From assembly GCF_964213995.1 (NCBI RefSeq), contig NC_135825.1, positions 18,352,001 to 18,416,000 of the forward strand: a stretch of 64,000 bases of DNA. Reading direction: 5' to 3'. A program made the position numbers and the translations under genes. Within the stretch, counting starts at the first letter, position 1; the number at the start of each line of letters is the position of its first letter. Below are positions 51,001 through 62,607 of the stretch, one piece after another. This stretch comes from Mustelus asterias. Taxonomy: Eukaryota. The notes under the pieces were generated by a model that made no database searches, was not told the origin of the DNA, and saw nothing but the letters and a program-made list of their open reading frames with translations.

Positions 51001-54000
51001 GGTGACACCGTGGTTAGCACTGCTACCTCACAGCGCCAGGGATCTGGGTTCAATTCTAGCCTTGGGTCACTATCTGCGTAGAATTTGCACAATCTGCCCA
51101 TGTCTGCATGGGTTTCCTCCAGGTGCTCCGGTTTCCTCCCAGCAGCTAGCAGCAGGATCATCTGGTCCGCCAATAACAATGGGCTTTCCCATGCTATTAC
51201 CACCCCACCCCTCCCCCCCCCTCCCCACACCCCCGGCCGACAGGAAGCCCACAGCAGGTGTTCGCCATCGGTAGGACCAGAAGATGTCGTCGGCGGAAAC
51301 AGCCAGAAAAATCCGGCCATTGTCTTTTAAACTTCTATATCTAAAATGTGTATCGGTAGTTGGTTAGATTGAAGATCAGCCATAGTCCAAAGATGTGTGG
51401 GTTAGGTTGATTGGCCATGCTAAATTGACCCTAGTGTCAGGAGGATTAGTAGGGTAAATATGTGGGTTTATGGGAATAGGGCTTGGGTGGGATTGTGGTT
51501 GGTGCAGCCTCGATGGACCAAATGGCCTTCTTCTGCACTGTAGGGATTCTATATCTGCTGTTCTTGTCCTTCTAAGTGGAGGAGATCACAGCTTTGGAAG
51601 GCCCAGTCCAAGGAAACTTGGTTCGTTGCTGCAGTGTGTCTTTAATATAGTACACATTGCTGCTACTATGTGTCAGTGTTGGAGGGAATTTAAGCTTGCG
51701 GATGGGGTGCCACTCAAGCGCACCCCTTTTTACTTGAAGGTGTTGAGTTTCTTGAGTGTTGATGAAGCTGCACTCATTTAGGCAACTGGAGAGTATTCAA
51801 TCATTATCCTGGAATGTGCCTTGTACATGGCGGACAGGATTTGGGAACTGGGGAGATGAGTTGCTGACCTCAGAATTCCCACACTCTGGCCTGTGTTTGT
51901 ATCCATACGGCTGGTCCAGTTCAGTTTGTGCTCAATGATAATCTCCAATATGTTGACAATGGTTGTGGGCAAGGGGGTGTGTAGTGATGGAATGTCATTG
52001 AATGTCGTTAATGTTGCCAGGTCTCCTTGAAACTTGCCAGCAACATACAAATTGCAGTTTTAATGCACTGCCTGGGAAGGTAGTGGAGGCTAGAGACCTT
52101 ACAACCTTTAAAAAGTCTTTGGATGAGTACTTGANNNNNNNNNNNNNNNNNNNNNNNNNNNNNNNNNNNNNNNNNNNNNNNNNNNNNNNNNNNNNNNNNN
52201 NNNNNNNNNNNNNNNNNNNNNNNNNNNNNNNNNNNNNNNNNNNNNNNNNNNNNNNNNNNNNNNNNNNNNNNNNNNNNNNNNNNNNNNNNNNNNNNNNNNN
52301 NNNNNNNNNNNNNNNNNNNNNNNNNNNNNNNNNNATAGAACATAGAACATTACAGCGCAGAACCAGGCCCTTCGGCCCACGATGTTGCACCGACCAGTTA
52401 AAAAAAAAAACTTGTGACCCTCCAACCTAAACCAATTTCTTTTCGTCCATGAACCTATCTACGGATCTCTTAAACGCCCCCAAACTAGGCGCATTTACTA
52501 CTGATGCTGGCAGGGCATTCCAATCCCTCACCACCCTCTGGGTAAAGAACCTACCCCTGACATCGGTTCTATAACTACCCCCCCTCAATTTAAAGCCATG
52601 CCCCCTCGTGCTGGATTTCTCCATCAGAGGAAAAAGGCTATCACTATCCACCCTATCTAAACCTCTAATCATCTTATATGTTTCATAAGATCCCCTCTTA
52701 GCCGCCGCCTTTCCAGCGAAAACAATCCCAAATCCCTCAGCCTCTCCTCATAGGATCTCCCCTCCATACCAGGCAACATCCTGGTAAACCTCCTCTGCAC
52801 CCTCTCCAAAGCCTCCACATCCTTCCTGTAATTGGGGACCAGAACTGCACACAGTACTCCAAGTGCGGCCGCACCAGAGTTGTGTACAGTTGCAACATAA
52901 CGCTACGACTCCTAAATTCAATCCCCCTACCAATAAACGCCAAGACACCATATGCCTTCTTAACAACCTTATCTACTTGATTCCCAACTTTCAGGGATCT
53001 ATGGCACACATACACCTAGATCCCTCTGCTCCTCCACACTATTCAAAGTCCTCCCGTTAGCCCTATACTCAACACATCTGTTATTCCTACCAAAGTGAAT
53101 TACCTCACACTTCTCCGCATTAAACTCCATCCGCCACCTCTCGGCCCAACTTTGCAACCTGTCTAAGTCTTCCTGCAAACTACGACACCCTTCCTCACTG
53201 TCTACCACACCACCGACTTTGGTGTCATCAGCAAATTTGCTAATCCACCCAACTATACCCTCATCCAGATCATTAATAAGGCTTTGAAAACCATCAGGTT
53301 GAAGGCAGATGTCCATTGGAAATACTAAATATAATTGGATTCTACTTTCATGAACACTTACCACATTAAAGTAAAGGTTGGTGTAGCGATGATCATTCGT
53401 AGAGGATAAAGGGACTATTTTCTCCAGTGTGGATATTCCCAGATCCAACATAATCATATGTCATCACATTAAAAAAGTCTAGATATCTGTAGATGGGGAG
53501 ATTTGAGTTTTACTGATACCTTGTTCACCAAATAAGTGGTAATTACCTAACTTATTAAACAAATGAGCTGTGCCAATTAAAACTATAGAAAATAGACAAG
53601 GGCCTTCCTTCAGATAGGACAGTTCATGGCATCAGGATTTCCCAAAGCAGTTCACAGATGCTGAATAACTTTCAACATAAAGTTACTGTCACAGTGAGGT
53701 AATTGACTAAGGAAAATGATGCTGTTGGCTGTTAGCCTGAACACAGGGAGAGCTCTCCCTTGAATAAAGCACTGGGGCCTCTTACATCTAGTTAAGAGAT
53801 CAGAAAGGACTTCAGATGTTAATATTCAATTGGCAGCAGTGTTGCACTCCCTGGCAATGGCATTGGAGTGTCAGCTGAGACACTCCAGTTGGGTTGGGGC
53901 TTGAAACCACAATGGTCTGACTCAGGGGCAAGAGTGCACTGAACCAGAACTAAGTGTGTGTTTCTATAGCATATTCAAACCAGATTTATTTTAATCTTGC

Positions 54001-57000
54001 AATCCTGCTTATGCTAAAAGTATTGGTGGCTAATGAAATATCCTAGCCACTGGTTGTGTGCAGGTATCTTTTGCAATGAGATTTTCAAGCAAGCTTTGAA
54101 ATGACCAGCATTCATCTAATACAATCAAGAACTGTATTTAGATTCCTAAATAGTCTAATTTGCCCATTATCAAACCCAAATAGAATCATTCTGGATCAAT
54201 GGATGGAACCATTGACACTCAGGTTCAACCACAGAATGCTTTATTATACTGCCAGCACTGCTTGAATGTCTCCAGAATGAACTGGTGCCCAGAAGTAAGT
54301 GTGGTAAATGTAGAATGGGCATTCATGTATATATTGCCATGACCCGTACACCGGAAGTGATGTGTCGGTAACATGGGAGTTCATACGATGTGTCTACAGA
54401 TGTTCTGTGCTGCTGAAGATCTCACACTGAATCATTTAAATTTAGGCCTTTGTCATCATTCCCACACAACCCAGCAACTTGACAGTATGGTTTCCACAGA
54501 GCACAATGCCAACACGACACAACTGATGAGAAGTTGACTGTACATTGTAGAGTCAGAGATCTAAATGAGAAAATAAAGTCAAAGATTAATAGACAAATGA
54601 TGTTTGAAGAGGGGAAATGCATAGGCACTTCTTAAGTAACTTAGAACTGAGGGTGGCACAGTGGCACAGTGGTTAGCACCGCTGCCTCACAGTGCCAGGG
54701 ACCCAGGTTCGAATCTGGCCTTGGGCAACTGCCTGTGTGGAGCTTGCACATTTTCCCCATGTCTACGTCGTGCTCCAGTTTCCACCAACAGTCCCAAGAT
54801 GTGCAGGTTAGGTGGATTAGCCATAGCAAATGCGCGGAGTTACGGGGTTAGGGCGGTGGTTGGGCCTGTGTAAGATGCTCCTCTGGAGAGTCGGTGCAGT
54901 CTCAATAGGCCAAATGGCCTTCTTTCACTCTGTAGGGATTCTATGATTCTATAGGGATTCTATGATTTATGTTATGAAAAGAGTAAGATATTTTTCTTGT
55001 TTCTTCACCGACATTGGTCACTAAAGCATAACCAGAAGAAAAAACTATCTGGCCATCATCTTATTGCTATTTCTGGAGCATTTTGTATGAACTTGTTAGT
55101 TGCAGCAGCCATGTCCACAGTATTCCAAGATACCTGTTCTCTGTAAATATCTTTGGGATGCTCCGAAGCTGTTAAAGGTGGCGCACAAATCAACATCTTT
55201 TTCCTATTACTTGCCTGCTTTTCACATGTTGCAATTCATTTGCAACCTGCTGTTTTTGCCCAGCTGTCTCAGCATTACCCAGGCTGTGATTGCACCATAA
55301 CCATAAACAAACGATTGTACACAAAACTAGCATGGAACAAAGCTCAGACTCTAGTACACAATGTCAAACATTCATTTTTCATTCCCCCCACCCCCCACAT
55401 TGTGCTGTGTGACTAACACGGATACTTACTTTCCAAGTTCAGCAACCTCATAGCTCATACCAATGTTAGCCATCCCAGCAGACACCGCAGCTGAGATCAG
55501 CAGTCTGGATTTTCCAGAACTTTTCGCCTCAGCTTCGAAAGCTGCCAACATTTCCTAGAAGTTAAAAATGAACTAAGTTTCAGATTGTCACCAAATGGAG
55601 CGTCTCACAATAATTTATCTAATCTAAGGGTAAAGTCAGAGGTAGGACAAGGTGTAAATGGAGCCCAGATCGATAGTTCTTACTGCACAGTAGCCATAAC
55701 AGTGATGAGTGAGGATGCCATTAAATTATTTTGTTGCGTGGTGTCTTATGTTTCACATTTAAATATTCCATTTTCATCTTTCACAAACTCTGAGAAACTG
55801 GATTCTCCACGCCATCCCCACGGTGTGTTTTGCGGCAGTGGGGGCAGGCCACCCATTGGCCAGCGGCAGGATCATCTGGTCCGCCATTAACAACGGGGTT
55901 TCCCATGGTATGACCCACCCCCCCCCACCCCACCCCCCCCCCCCCCTCCCCCCCGCTTCCCCCGCCGGCCGCCAGGAAGCCCACAGTGGGTGTTCGCCAT
56001 CGGCAGGACCCGAAGATGTCGTCGGCGGAAACAGCCGGAAAAATCCGGCCATTGTCTTTTAAAATTCTATTTCTAAAATGTGTATCAGTAGTTGGTTAGA
56101 TTGCAGATCAGCCATGATCTCATTGAATGGCAAAACAGACTGGAAGAGCTAAGCGTCTGGTCTGTTTCTATGTTCCATGTCCTCGGTGAAGACCTGGGAG
56201 GAAGTTTAAATCTGCAAACTGGATTGAAAAGTCATAGAGGTTTACAGCATGGAAACAGGCCCTTCAGCCCAACTTTTCAACGCCGCCCCTTTTTTTTAAA
56301 CCACTAAGCTAGTCCCAATTGCCCGCATTTGGCCCATATCCCTCTATATCCATCCTACCCATGTAACTGTCTAAATGCTTTTTAAAAGATAAAATTGTAC
56401 CCACCTCTACTACTACCTCTAGCAGCTCATTCCAGACACTCACCACCCTCTGTGTGAAAAAATTGCCCCTCTAGACCCTTCTGTATCTCTCCCCTCTCAC
56501 CTTAAACCTATGCCCTCTAGTTTTAGTCTCCCCTAACTTTGGGAAAAGATATTGACTATCTAGCTGATCTATGCCCCTCATTATTTTATAGACCTCTATA
56601 AGATCACCCCTAAGCCTCCTACACTCCAGGGAAAAAAGACCCAGTCTCTCCAGCCTCTCCTTATAACCCAAACCATCAAGTCCTGGTAGCATCCGAGTAA
56701 ATCTTTTCTGCACTCTTTCTAGTTTAATAATATCCTTTCTATAATAGGGTGACCAGAATTGTTCACAGTATTCCAAGTATGGCCTTACCAATGTCTTATA
56801 CCACTTCAACAAGATGTCCCAATTCCTGTATTCAATGTTCTGACCAATGAAACCAAGCATGCCGAATGCCTTCTTCACCACTCTGTCCACCTGTGACTCC
56901 ACTTTCAAGGAGCTATGAACCTGTAGCCCTGGTTAGCTTAGCTGCAAGACTGAGAGCATCCTATGAAGTTTGTTTTCTCCTACCTGTGCCAACAGGGTGA

Positions 57001-60000
57001 AGCGATGTTTATTTTGTGTCCCAGGATATTCCCAGTCAATATCCAAACCATCAAACCCATAACCGCGCAGGAAGGCAATCACGGACTTGATGAAAGTTTG
57101 GCGGTTTTCCTGTGTAGAAACCATGGTGGTGAACCTAGAGGAGGGTGAAATGTTAAACAAGGTGCTGAACTGGAGTATTTTAGTCTCTGTAATTACCAAC
57201 TGAACGATTAAGGGGTTCGTTATCGCAATTTCAAAATATACAAGGAAATAAATTATAATTTACAAAATGTAGTTGTGACATGGTGCTGTATTGTTACTGC
57301 TCTTTGTAATCAGTTGAAGCAATCTTCACTGGGTGTATTAATATAAATTAAGCCTTTGTAAAAATAATGCATTGTCAGAAATCATTTCATAAATATTATT
57401 TGAATTATATTTTGCAGACAGCTGAACACAGTCACAGTATGCTCATTAACAGATGATCTACATATTTATCTAAAACTATACAGTTGACATTTCAAAAAGT
57501 ATCTCTTTGATCCCAGCGTATTTTACATTATGAGCAATAGGAAAATAAGCATTTTTCACCCGGTACTAAAATAAAATATTTTCAACTTACTTCTGAGTTC
57601 CAAAGTTCCAGCCTCCGATGGACAGGAGCGTTTTAAGGTTTCTATTTCTGTTGTAAAATTGAACAAATACTTCTTTTAGAATAAAGAACATAAGCAATAC
57701 ATTTATTAACATTACAGGAATTGCTAACAATCATTATTGTCTTAATATTTTTACTGCTTTCTCCTTTTGGTGCTAAATTTTAATTGAGCAATAATACCTC
57801 AGTGCGGAACATATATTTCACAACAAGATGTGCCAGAGGAAAGAGGACATTAGGTTCATGCAGGTTTGTGGATGTCATGGCTAAGACAGCCATTGATCCT
57901 CAAGGGTAATTGCACTTGCAGCGATGGTAGTAGGTGGTCATGTGGAGCAATGAGTAGCACCCCTACTCCTGAGATAGAAGTTCCCACTCCAGGACTTAAT
58001 GACCAAGGCAGGTACATCCATAATGTAACCAGCTCAGTCTTACTTGGTAAATCCTTCCAACATACACAAAAGGGCAGGCGAGAGGAGAAATTACTGGTCA
58101 GCCATGGTGTGGAAAGAAGTTGGAGCCACCACCATCACCTTCCGGTTATAAGATGCATGCAAGGGGATTAGGTGCCAAAACAGCTTGCCTTCTTAGAGCT
58201 GGTTAGCTCAGTTGGCTGGACAGTTATTGTGGACAAGATTGGTGCCCAGGGGTTTGATCCCTGTTCTGGCTGGGATGGATTGGTGTCAGGCCTCCTTACC
58301 CTCCCCATGGTGGAGGTCACAGCTCTGGATGGTACTGTGACCTTTATGAGCAGGACATGAAGAAGCTGGACATGATCCATTATCTTGAACTGCTACAGTC
58401 CATCTGGTGCAGTAATCCCAATAGCTCTGTTATGAAGGGAATTCCAAAATTCAACTCAGTAACAGTGAAGGAATGGTGATATAGTTTCAAGTCAGGATGT
58501 TGTGTGGCTTGGACAGGAAGTTGCAATTACTGATATTCCCAGGCATCAGTATGGCGCGGTGACACCGTGGTTAGCACTGCTACCTCACAGCGCCAGGGAT
58601 CTGGGTTCAATTCTAGCCTTGGGTCACTATCTGCGTAGAATTTGCACAATCTGCCCATGTCTGCATGGGTTTCCTCCAGGTGCTCCGGTTTCCTCCCAGC
58701 AGCTAGCAGCAGGATCATCTGGTCCGCCAATAACAATGGGCTTTCCCATGCTATTACCACCCCACCCCTCCCCCCCCCTCCCCACACCCCCGGCCGACAG
58801 GAAGCCCACAGCAGGTGTTCGCCATCGGTAGGACCAGAAGATGTCGTCGGCGGAAACAGCCAGAAAAATCCGGCCATTGTCTTTTAAACTTCTATATCTA
58901 AAATGTGTATCGGTAGTTGGTTAGATTGAAGATCAGCCATAGTCCAAAGATGTGTGGGTTAGGTTGATTGGCCATGCTAAATTGACCCTAGTGTCAGGAG
59001 GATTAGTAGGGTAAATATGTGGGTTTATGGGAATAGGGCTTGGGTGGGATTGTGGTTGGTGCAGCCTCGATGGACCAAATGGCCTTCTTCTGCACTGTAG
59101 GGATTCTATATCTGCTGTTCTTGTCCTTCTAAGTGGAGGAGATCACAGCTTTGGAAGGCCCAGTCCAAGGAAACTTGGTTCGTTGCTGCAGTGTGTCTTT
59201 AATATAGTACACATTGCTGCTACTATGTGTCAGTGTTGGAGGGAATTTAAGCTTGCGGATGGGGTGCCACTCAAGCGCACCCCTTTTTACTTGAAGGTGT
59301 TGAGTTTCTTGAGTGTTGATGAAGCTGCACTCATTTAGGCAACTGGAGAGTATTCAATCATTATCCTGGAATGTGCCTTGTACATGGCGGACAGGATTTG
59401 GGAACTGGGGAGATGAGTTGCTGACCTCAGAATTCCCACACTCTGGCCTGTGTTTGTATCCATACGGCTGGTCCAGTTCAGTTTGTGCTCAATGATAATC
59501 TCCAATATGTTGACAATGGTTGTGGGCAAGGGGGTGTGTAGTGATGGAATGTCATTGAATGTCGTTAATGTTGCCAGGTCTCCTTGAAACTTGCCAGCAA
59601 CATACAAATTGCAGTTTTAATGCACTGCCTGGGAAGGTAGTGGAGGCTAGAGACCTTACAACCTTTAAAAAGTCTTTGGATGAGTACTTGAAACATCATA
59701 ACATTCAAGGACATGGGACAAGTGTTGGAAAACGGGATTAGCATGACTAATTGTAGTTATTGTCTGGGCAGACTTGATGGGCCGAAGGGCCTTTTCTGCA
59801 CTGGATGACAAAACTCTATGACTATTTATTTATTTATTTGAGTCACATGCGAGCTTACCTTAACACTGCAATGAAGTTACTGTGAAAATCCTCCAGTTGC
59901 CATATTCCGGCGCCTGTTTGGATACACTGAGGGAGAATTTAGCATGGCCAATGCACCTAACCAGCACGTCTTTTGGACTGTGGGAGGAAACCAGAGCACC

Positions 60001-62607
60001 CAGAGGAAACCCACACAGACACAGGAAGAACATGCAAACTCCACACACACAGCGACCCAAGCCGGGAATCAAACCCAGGTCCCTCGGGCTATGAGGCAGC
60101 AATGCTAACCACTGTGCCATTGTACCACCCCAAGCATCAGTCACCTGGATAAAAGCAAATTACTGCAGATGCTGGAATCTGAAACCAAAAGAGAAAACGC
60201 TGGAAAATCTCAGCAGGTCAAGCAACACCTGTAAGGAGAGAAAGGAGCTGACGTTTCAAGTCTAGATGACTCTTTGTCAAAGAGGATAAAGGGTCATCTG
60301 GACTCAAAACGCCAACTCTTTTCTCTCCTTACAGATGCTGCCAAACCTGCTGAGGTTTTCCAGCATTTTCTCTTTTAGCATCAGTCACCTGGTTGGTCCC
60401 CTAAGGCAGGAAAGTACAAAGGGCCAGGGAGGAGTTTAAAACCAGGGGAACAAAGTCACTTCCTATTGGGCTACAATAAAAGGGACTCGTGTCAATTTTG
60501 TGAGAATATTTAACACGCAATGACTGGTGCTTTTTAGCTGGCTGGAATAATTGCTGAACAGAGTGGACATTCCAGCTCTCTCCACAGACACTGTTTCTGC
60601 ACAAATGCAGGTCTGATCTCCCATCTCAAGGGTGTTTGCAACTTTGGATGCATATAATGTGTTTTCTTGTTTATATGGCACAACATGGTGATATCATGAT
60701 TACGTCAGGCATTGTCTGACCCATTGGCCGTTGACTCATCTCTGCCAATGGGACACAAATCAACACAACCCAATTTCACCCATACATCAGGTATCTGACT
60801 GGGTCAGTCATGATGCTTACATTAATTCAACACAATTTTTCAATGTTGAACAGAATATAAAAAGGACTTCACGCTACATTAAGCATTGCAGATACTTCCT
60901 CGATATTTATAAAATAATCATACTTGTTTTTAAGGCTGTTGAATGAGTGGTAGAGAGTCAGATCATTTGCGTCAAAGACGGCGATTTTATTTTCTTTCAT
61001 CCCAGCAAAGGCATAGATCAGATGTGTGCACAAGCAGGGATCCACATCATCAAGCTTGAACTTTGCTGGGCCTCGTCTGTACTGAGCCCAGTTTGTAAAG
61101 TAACAAACCAGCCTGAAGGCAGAGCCTGAGAGTGAGGAGAAAGGAAAATCAGCACTGAGCCTCGACTCATTATATAAAATTCAAAATAGTTTGGAAAGCA
61201 CAAAGACTCACCCAGTTCCAGGCACGCCAGCAAGACCACCGCTGTAATAAAGAATATAGGATAAAAATGTGATCAAAATATGCTGAAAGGTTTAAGGGTT
61301 CACAACAGTGCTATTATATGAATGAATAGAAACCATTAAGAATCAATCCTTGGTCAAACCCTTCTCCTCATCTATTTGCTGCCCTTTGGTGAGATCATCG
61401 ACAGACATGGGGGTCAGGATTTTCACGTCCATTAATAACACCTGGCTCTAATCATCAATACCTCGCCCTCTTCTGCCTCTATCTTGCCCAATTATTTGCC
61501 CAACAATCAGTCGAAGATGAACAACATTTTTTTTTCCAACTAATCATTGTAAGACTTTATCAGCTTCAGCACCCCCATCCCTAACTTTGTCAGCAAATCC
61601 TTCCTGTTTACTGTCTCAGCTCATGTACTCTTCAGTGCCCACCTAGTATCCCTCCAACTGTCTGTCACACAGGAATTTAAAATTCACACATGCACATGCA
61701 CACATACGCACATACACACACATGCACACACACACAAACATACATACACAGACATGCAAGTTTCAAAAAGAGCCGGTATGGTGAATTATCTAAATGTCTA
61801 AAAAAAGTGAATTCTATTCGGATCTTGTAAAACGACACTTTGGATAGTTTCGGACTGGAATCAGTGCTCTGTCCTGATTCTGCATGAAAACAACTCAAAG
61901 ATGTTTAAGGACAATTTCCATCTTTTCCTCTTGAATCAGCTGGTGTGTCGATATTTAAGATGCCGCCTGCATTGGAACTGGTCAAAAGGCAGACAGGGAA
62001 CAAGCTTACAGGACAGTTAGAAAAAGACAGAGAGAACGTGCCAATTAAGGATCTTTCCAGCCTCACTCTCACTGGCCTGGAACAAAGCAGTTTCTTGAAA
62101 CACAAAGAGGACTAGCTTGCTCATCGCATTCTCCTCTCACGGATTAATCAAATATGGTCATGTTAAGCACATTTCAATCCCATTGTTTAAAAGTTATTAA
62201 ATGCTATGGCTGATAGTTTCTTTCTCAATGGGCATCCATTGTCCAAAGTGATTGATTTAATGGCTGAATCCACACTCAGCTGGATACATAGGTTATACTT
62301 GGATGTGTTGTAAATGGTTCAGGAGGTGGGTCATTTGTCCATATTAGTTGCCTCTTAAGGGCTACTTCTGGACTGTCCAGCTACTTACTGTTGGCTTTGT
62401 AATTTGTAAAGTACAGCTTTGTGAACGTTTAGCCATTTTAGGAATTGCTGTATAAGTCAAAATGCTATTCCTCAGCCAATGTAAACTTATGTGCTGGGTT
62501 CAGTGACTCAAAAAATAGATTTTCGATATAAAACATGATTTTAAACAATAGCAAAGGTAATGAAATGGTAAAACAGGATTACCTGCTCCAAGTAGAAGCT
62601 TTGCCAT
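32799..62607 (-). CDS. chia: Chitinase gene C, acidic mammalian chitinase-like, 460 aa using one copy of exons 4-7
   Basis: Exons 62607-62583, 61241-61212, 61125-60924, 50090-50034, 49577-49427, 47997-47873, 45927-45801, 45686-45504, 41180-41064, 39589-39451, 33025-32799 total 1383 nt in frame; [12 protein letters not shown] and CBM14 intact. Confidence 0.9.
33398..33707 (-). mobile_element. HE1-type SINE
   Basis: Same consensus. Confidence 0.9.
35103..35482 (-). mobile_element. HE1-type SINE
   Basis: Same consensus, short internal duplication. Confidence 0.9.
35617..36510 (+). mobile_element. HE1-type SINE interrupted by CR1 fragments
   Basis: Head 35617-35868, tail resumes near 36400. 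Confidence 0.8.
35870..36164 (-). mobile_element. CR1 3' fragment nested in a SINE
   Basis: [12 protein letters not shown] and (TTCTTTG)n tail. Confidence 0.8.
36885..38958 (-). mobile_element. CR1 LINE, about 2 kb, frameshifted, same family as 10405-11472
   Basis: ORF pieces 38141-38893, 37632-38177, 36967-37629 (KSPGPD, QHGF, DFSKAFD, FADD). Confidence 0.95.
39451..39589 (-). CDS. chia: Gene C exon 10
   Basis: 139 nt, [30 protein letters not shown]. Confidence 0.94.
40005..40362 (-). mobile_element. HE1-type SINE nested in old CR1
   Basis: Same consensus. Confidence 0.85.
41064..41180 (-). CDS. chia: Gene C exon 9
   Basis: 117 nt, ICTFLKTG...[13 protein letters not shown]. Confidence 0.94.
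41754..44318. mobile_element. 2.5 kb foldback-like DNA transposon, probably Harbinger-derived
   Basis: Termini GGGGGCAATTCCC and GGGAGAATTTGGCCC, long inverted internal arms, empty site in gene B. Confidence 0.6.
43308..43394. mobile_element. 87-bp hairpin insertion (Penelope-like) with 14-bp target-site duplication
   Basis: CTGAAATCACCATG at 43294-43307 and 43395-43408; 18-bp inverted repeat. Confidence 0.7.
44431..45246 (-). mobile_element. Young 5'-truncated CR1 LINE
   Basis: Open 235-aa ORF, (TTCTATGG)n tail, empty site in gene B intron 8. Confidence 0.93.
45504..45686 (-). CDS. chia: Gene C exon 8
   Basis: 183 nt, [28 protein letters not shown]...LAYYE. Confidence 0.94.
45801..45927 (-). 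CDS. chia: Gene C exon 7
   Basis: 127 nt, [27 protein letters not shown]. Confidence 0.92.
47091..47408 (+). mobile_element. HE1-type SINE (second copy 54649-54966)
   Basis: Same consensus. Confidence 0.88.
47873..47997 (-). CDS. chia: Gene C exon 6
   Basis: 125 nt, EMLAAFEAE...[21 protein letters not shown]. Confidence 0.9.
48674..49371 (-). mobile_element. 5'-truncated CR1 LINE (second copy 56231-56928)
   Basis: 145-aa RT C-terminal ORF. Confidence 0.9.
49427..49577 (-). CDS. chia: Gene C exon 5 (catalytic DxDxE)
   Basis: 151 nt, [24 protein letters not shown]. Confidence 0.92.
50034..50090 (-). CDS. chia: Gene C exon 4
   Basis: 57 nt, [18 protein letters not shown]. Confidence 0.9.
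50993..51551 (+). mobile_element. HE1-type SINE interrupted by a copied intron segment (second copy 58550-59108)
   Basis: Consensus breaks near 51141 and resumes near 51384. Confidence 0.85.
52335..53277 (-). mobile_element. 5'-truncated CR1 LINE between the gap and duplication copy 2
   Basis: INDLDEG...KFADDTK, FFTQRVV, (TTCTATG)n tail at the gap edge. Confidence 0.92.
53362..53486 (-). pseudogene. chia: Gene C exon 7, second copy, frameshifted (125 nt versus 127 nt)
   Basis: Two single-G losses (cggt to cgt, gggg to ggg) relative to 45801-45927; may be consensus errors. Confidence 0.7.
55430..55554 (-). CDS. chia: Gene C exon 6, second copy
   Basis: Matches 47873-47997. Confidence 0.8.
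56984..57134 (-). CDS. chia: Gene C exon 5, second copy
   Basis: Matches 49427-49577. Confidence 0.8.
57591..57647 (-). CDS. chia: Gene C exon 4, second copy
   Basis: Matches 50034-50090. Confidence 0.8.
59824..60130 (-). mobile_element. V-SINE variant with a different (AAAT)n tail
   Basis: HE1-like head; the same tail occurs as a fragment at 62970-63040. Confidence 0.8.
60149..60376. mobile_element. 228-bp palindromic insertion (Penelope-like) with 16-bp target-site duplication
   Basis: AGCATCAGTCACCTGG at 60133-60148 and 60377-60392; inverted arms 60187-60275 and 60288-60376. Confidence 0.75.
60924..61125 (-). CDS. chia: Gene C exon 3
   Basis: 202 nt, [34 protein letters not shown]. Confidence 0.95.
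61212..61241 (-). CDS. chia: Gene C exon 2
   Basis: 30 nt, [11 protein letters not shown]. Confidence 0.92.
62583..62607 (-). CDS. chia: Gene C exon 1
   Basis: [13 protein letters not shown] donor. Confidence 0.9.

Larger units (their letters stand above)
45717..52134. repeat. 6.4 kb direct duplication, copy 1 (ends at N gap 52135-52334)
   Basis: Near-identical to 53278-59691; ORF track repeats at an offset of about 7557. Confidence 0.95.
53278..59691. repeat. 6.4 kb direct duplication, copy 2
   Basis: Near-identical to 45717-52134. Confidence 0.95.

Noticed and set aside
52999-53457. Apparent chitinase-RT fusion ORF
   Set aside because: Runs from a frameshifted exon through intron into a CR1; no splice support
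53278-62607. A fourth separate chitinase gene
   Set aside because: Only one set of exons 1-3 and 8-11 exists for the two near-identical exon 4-7 blocks
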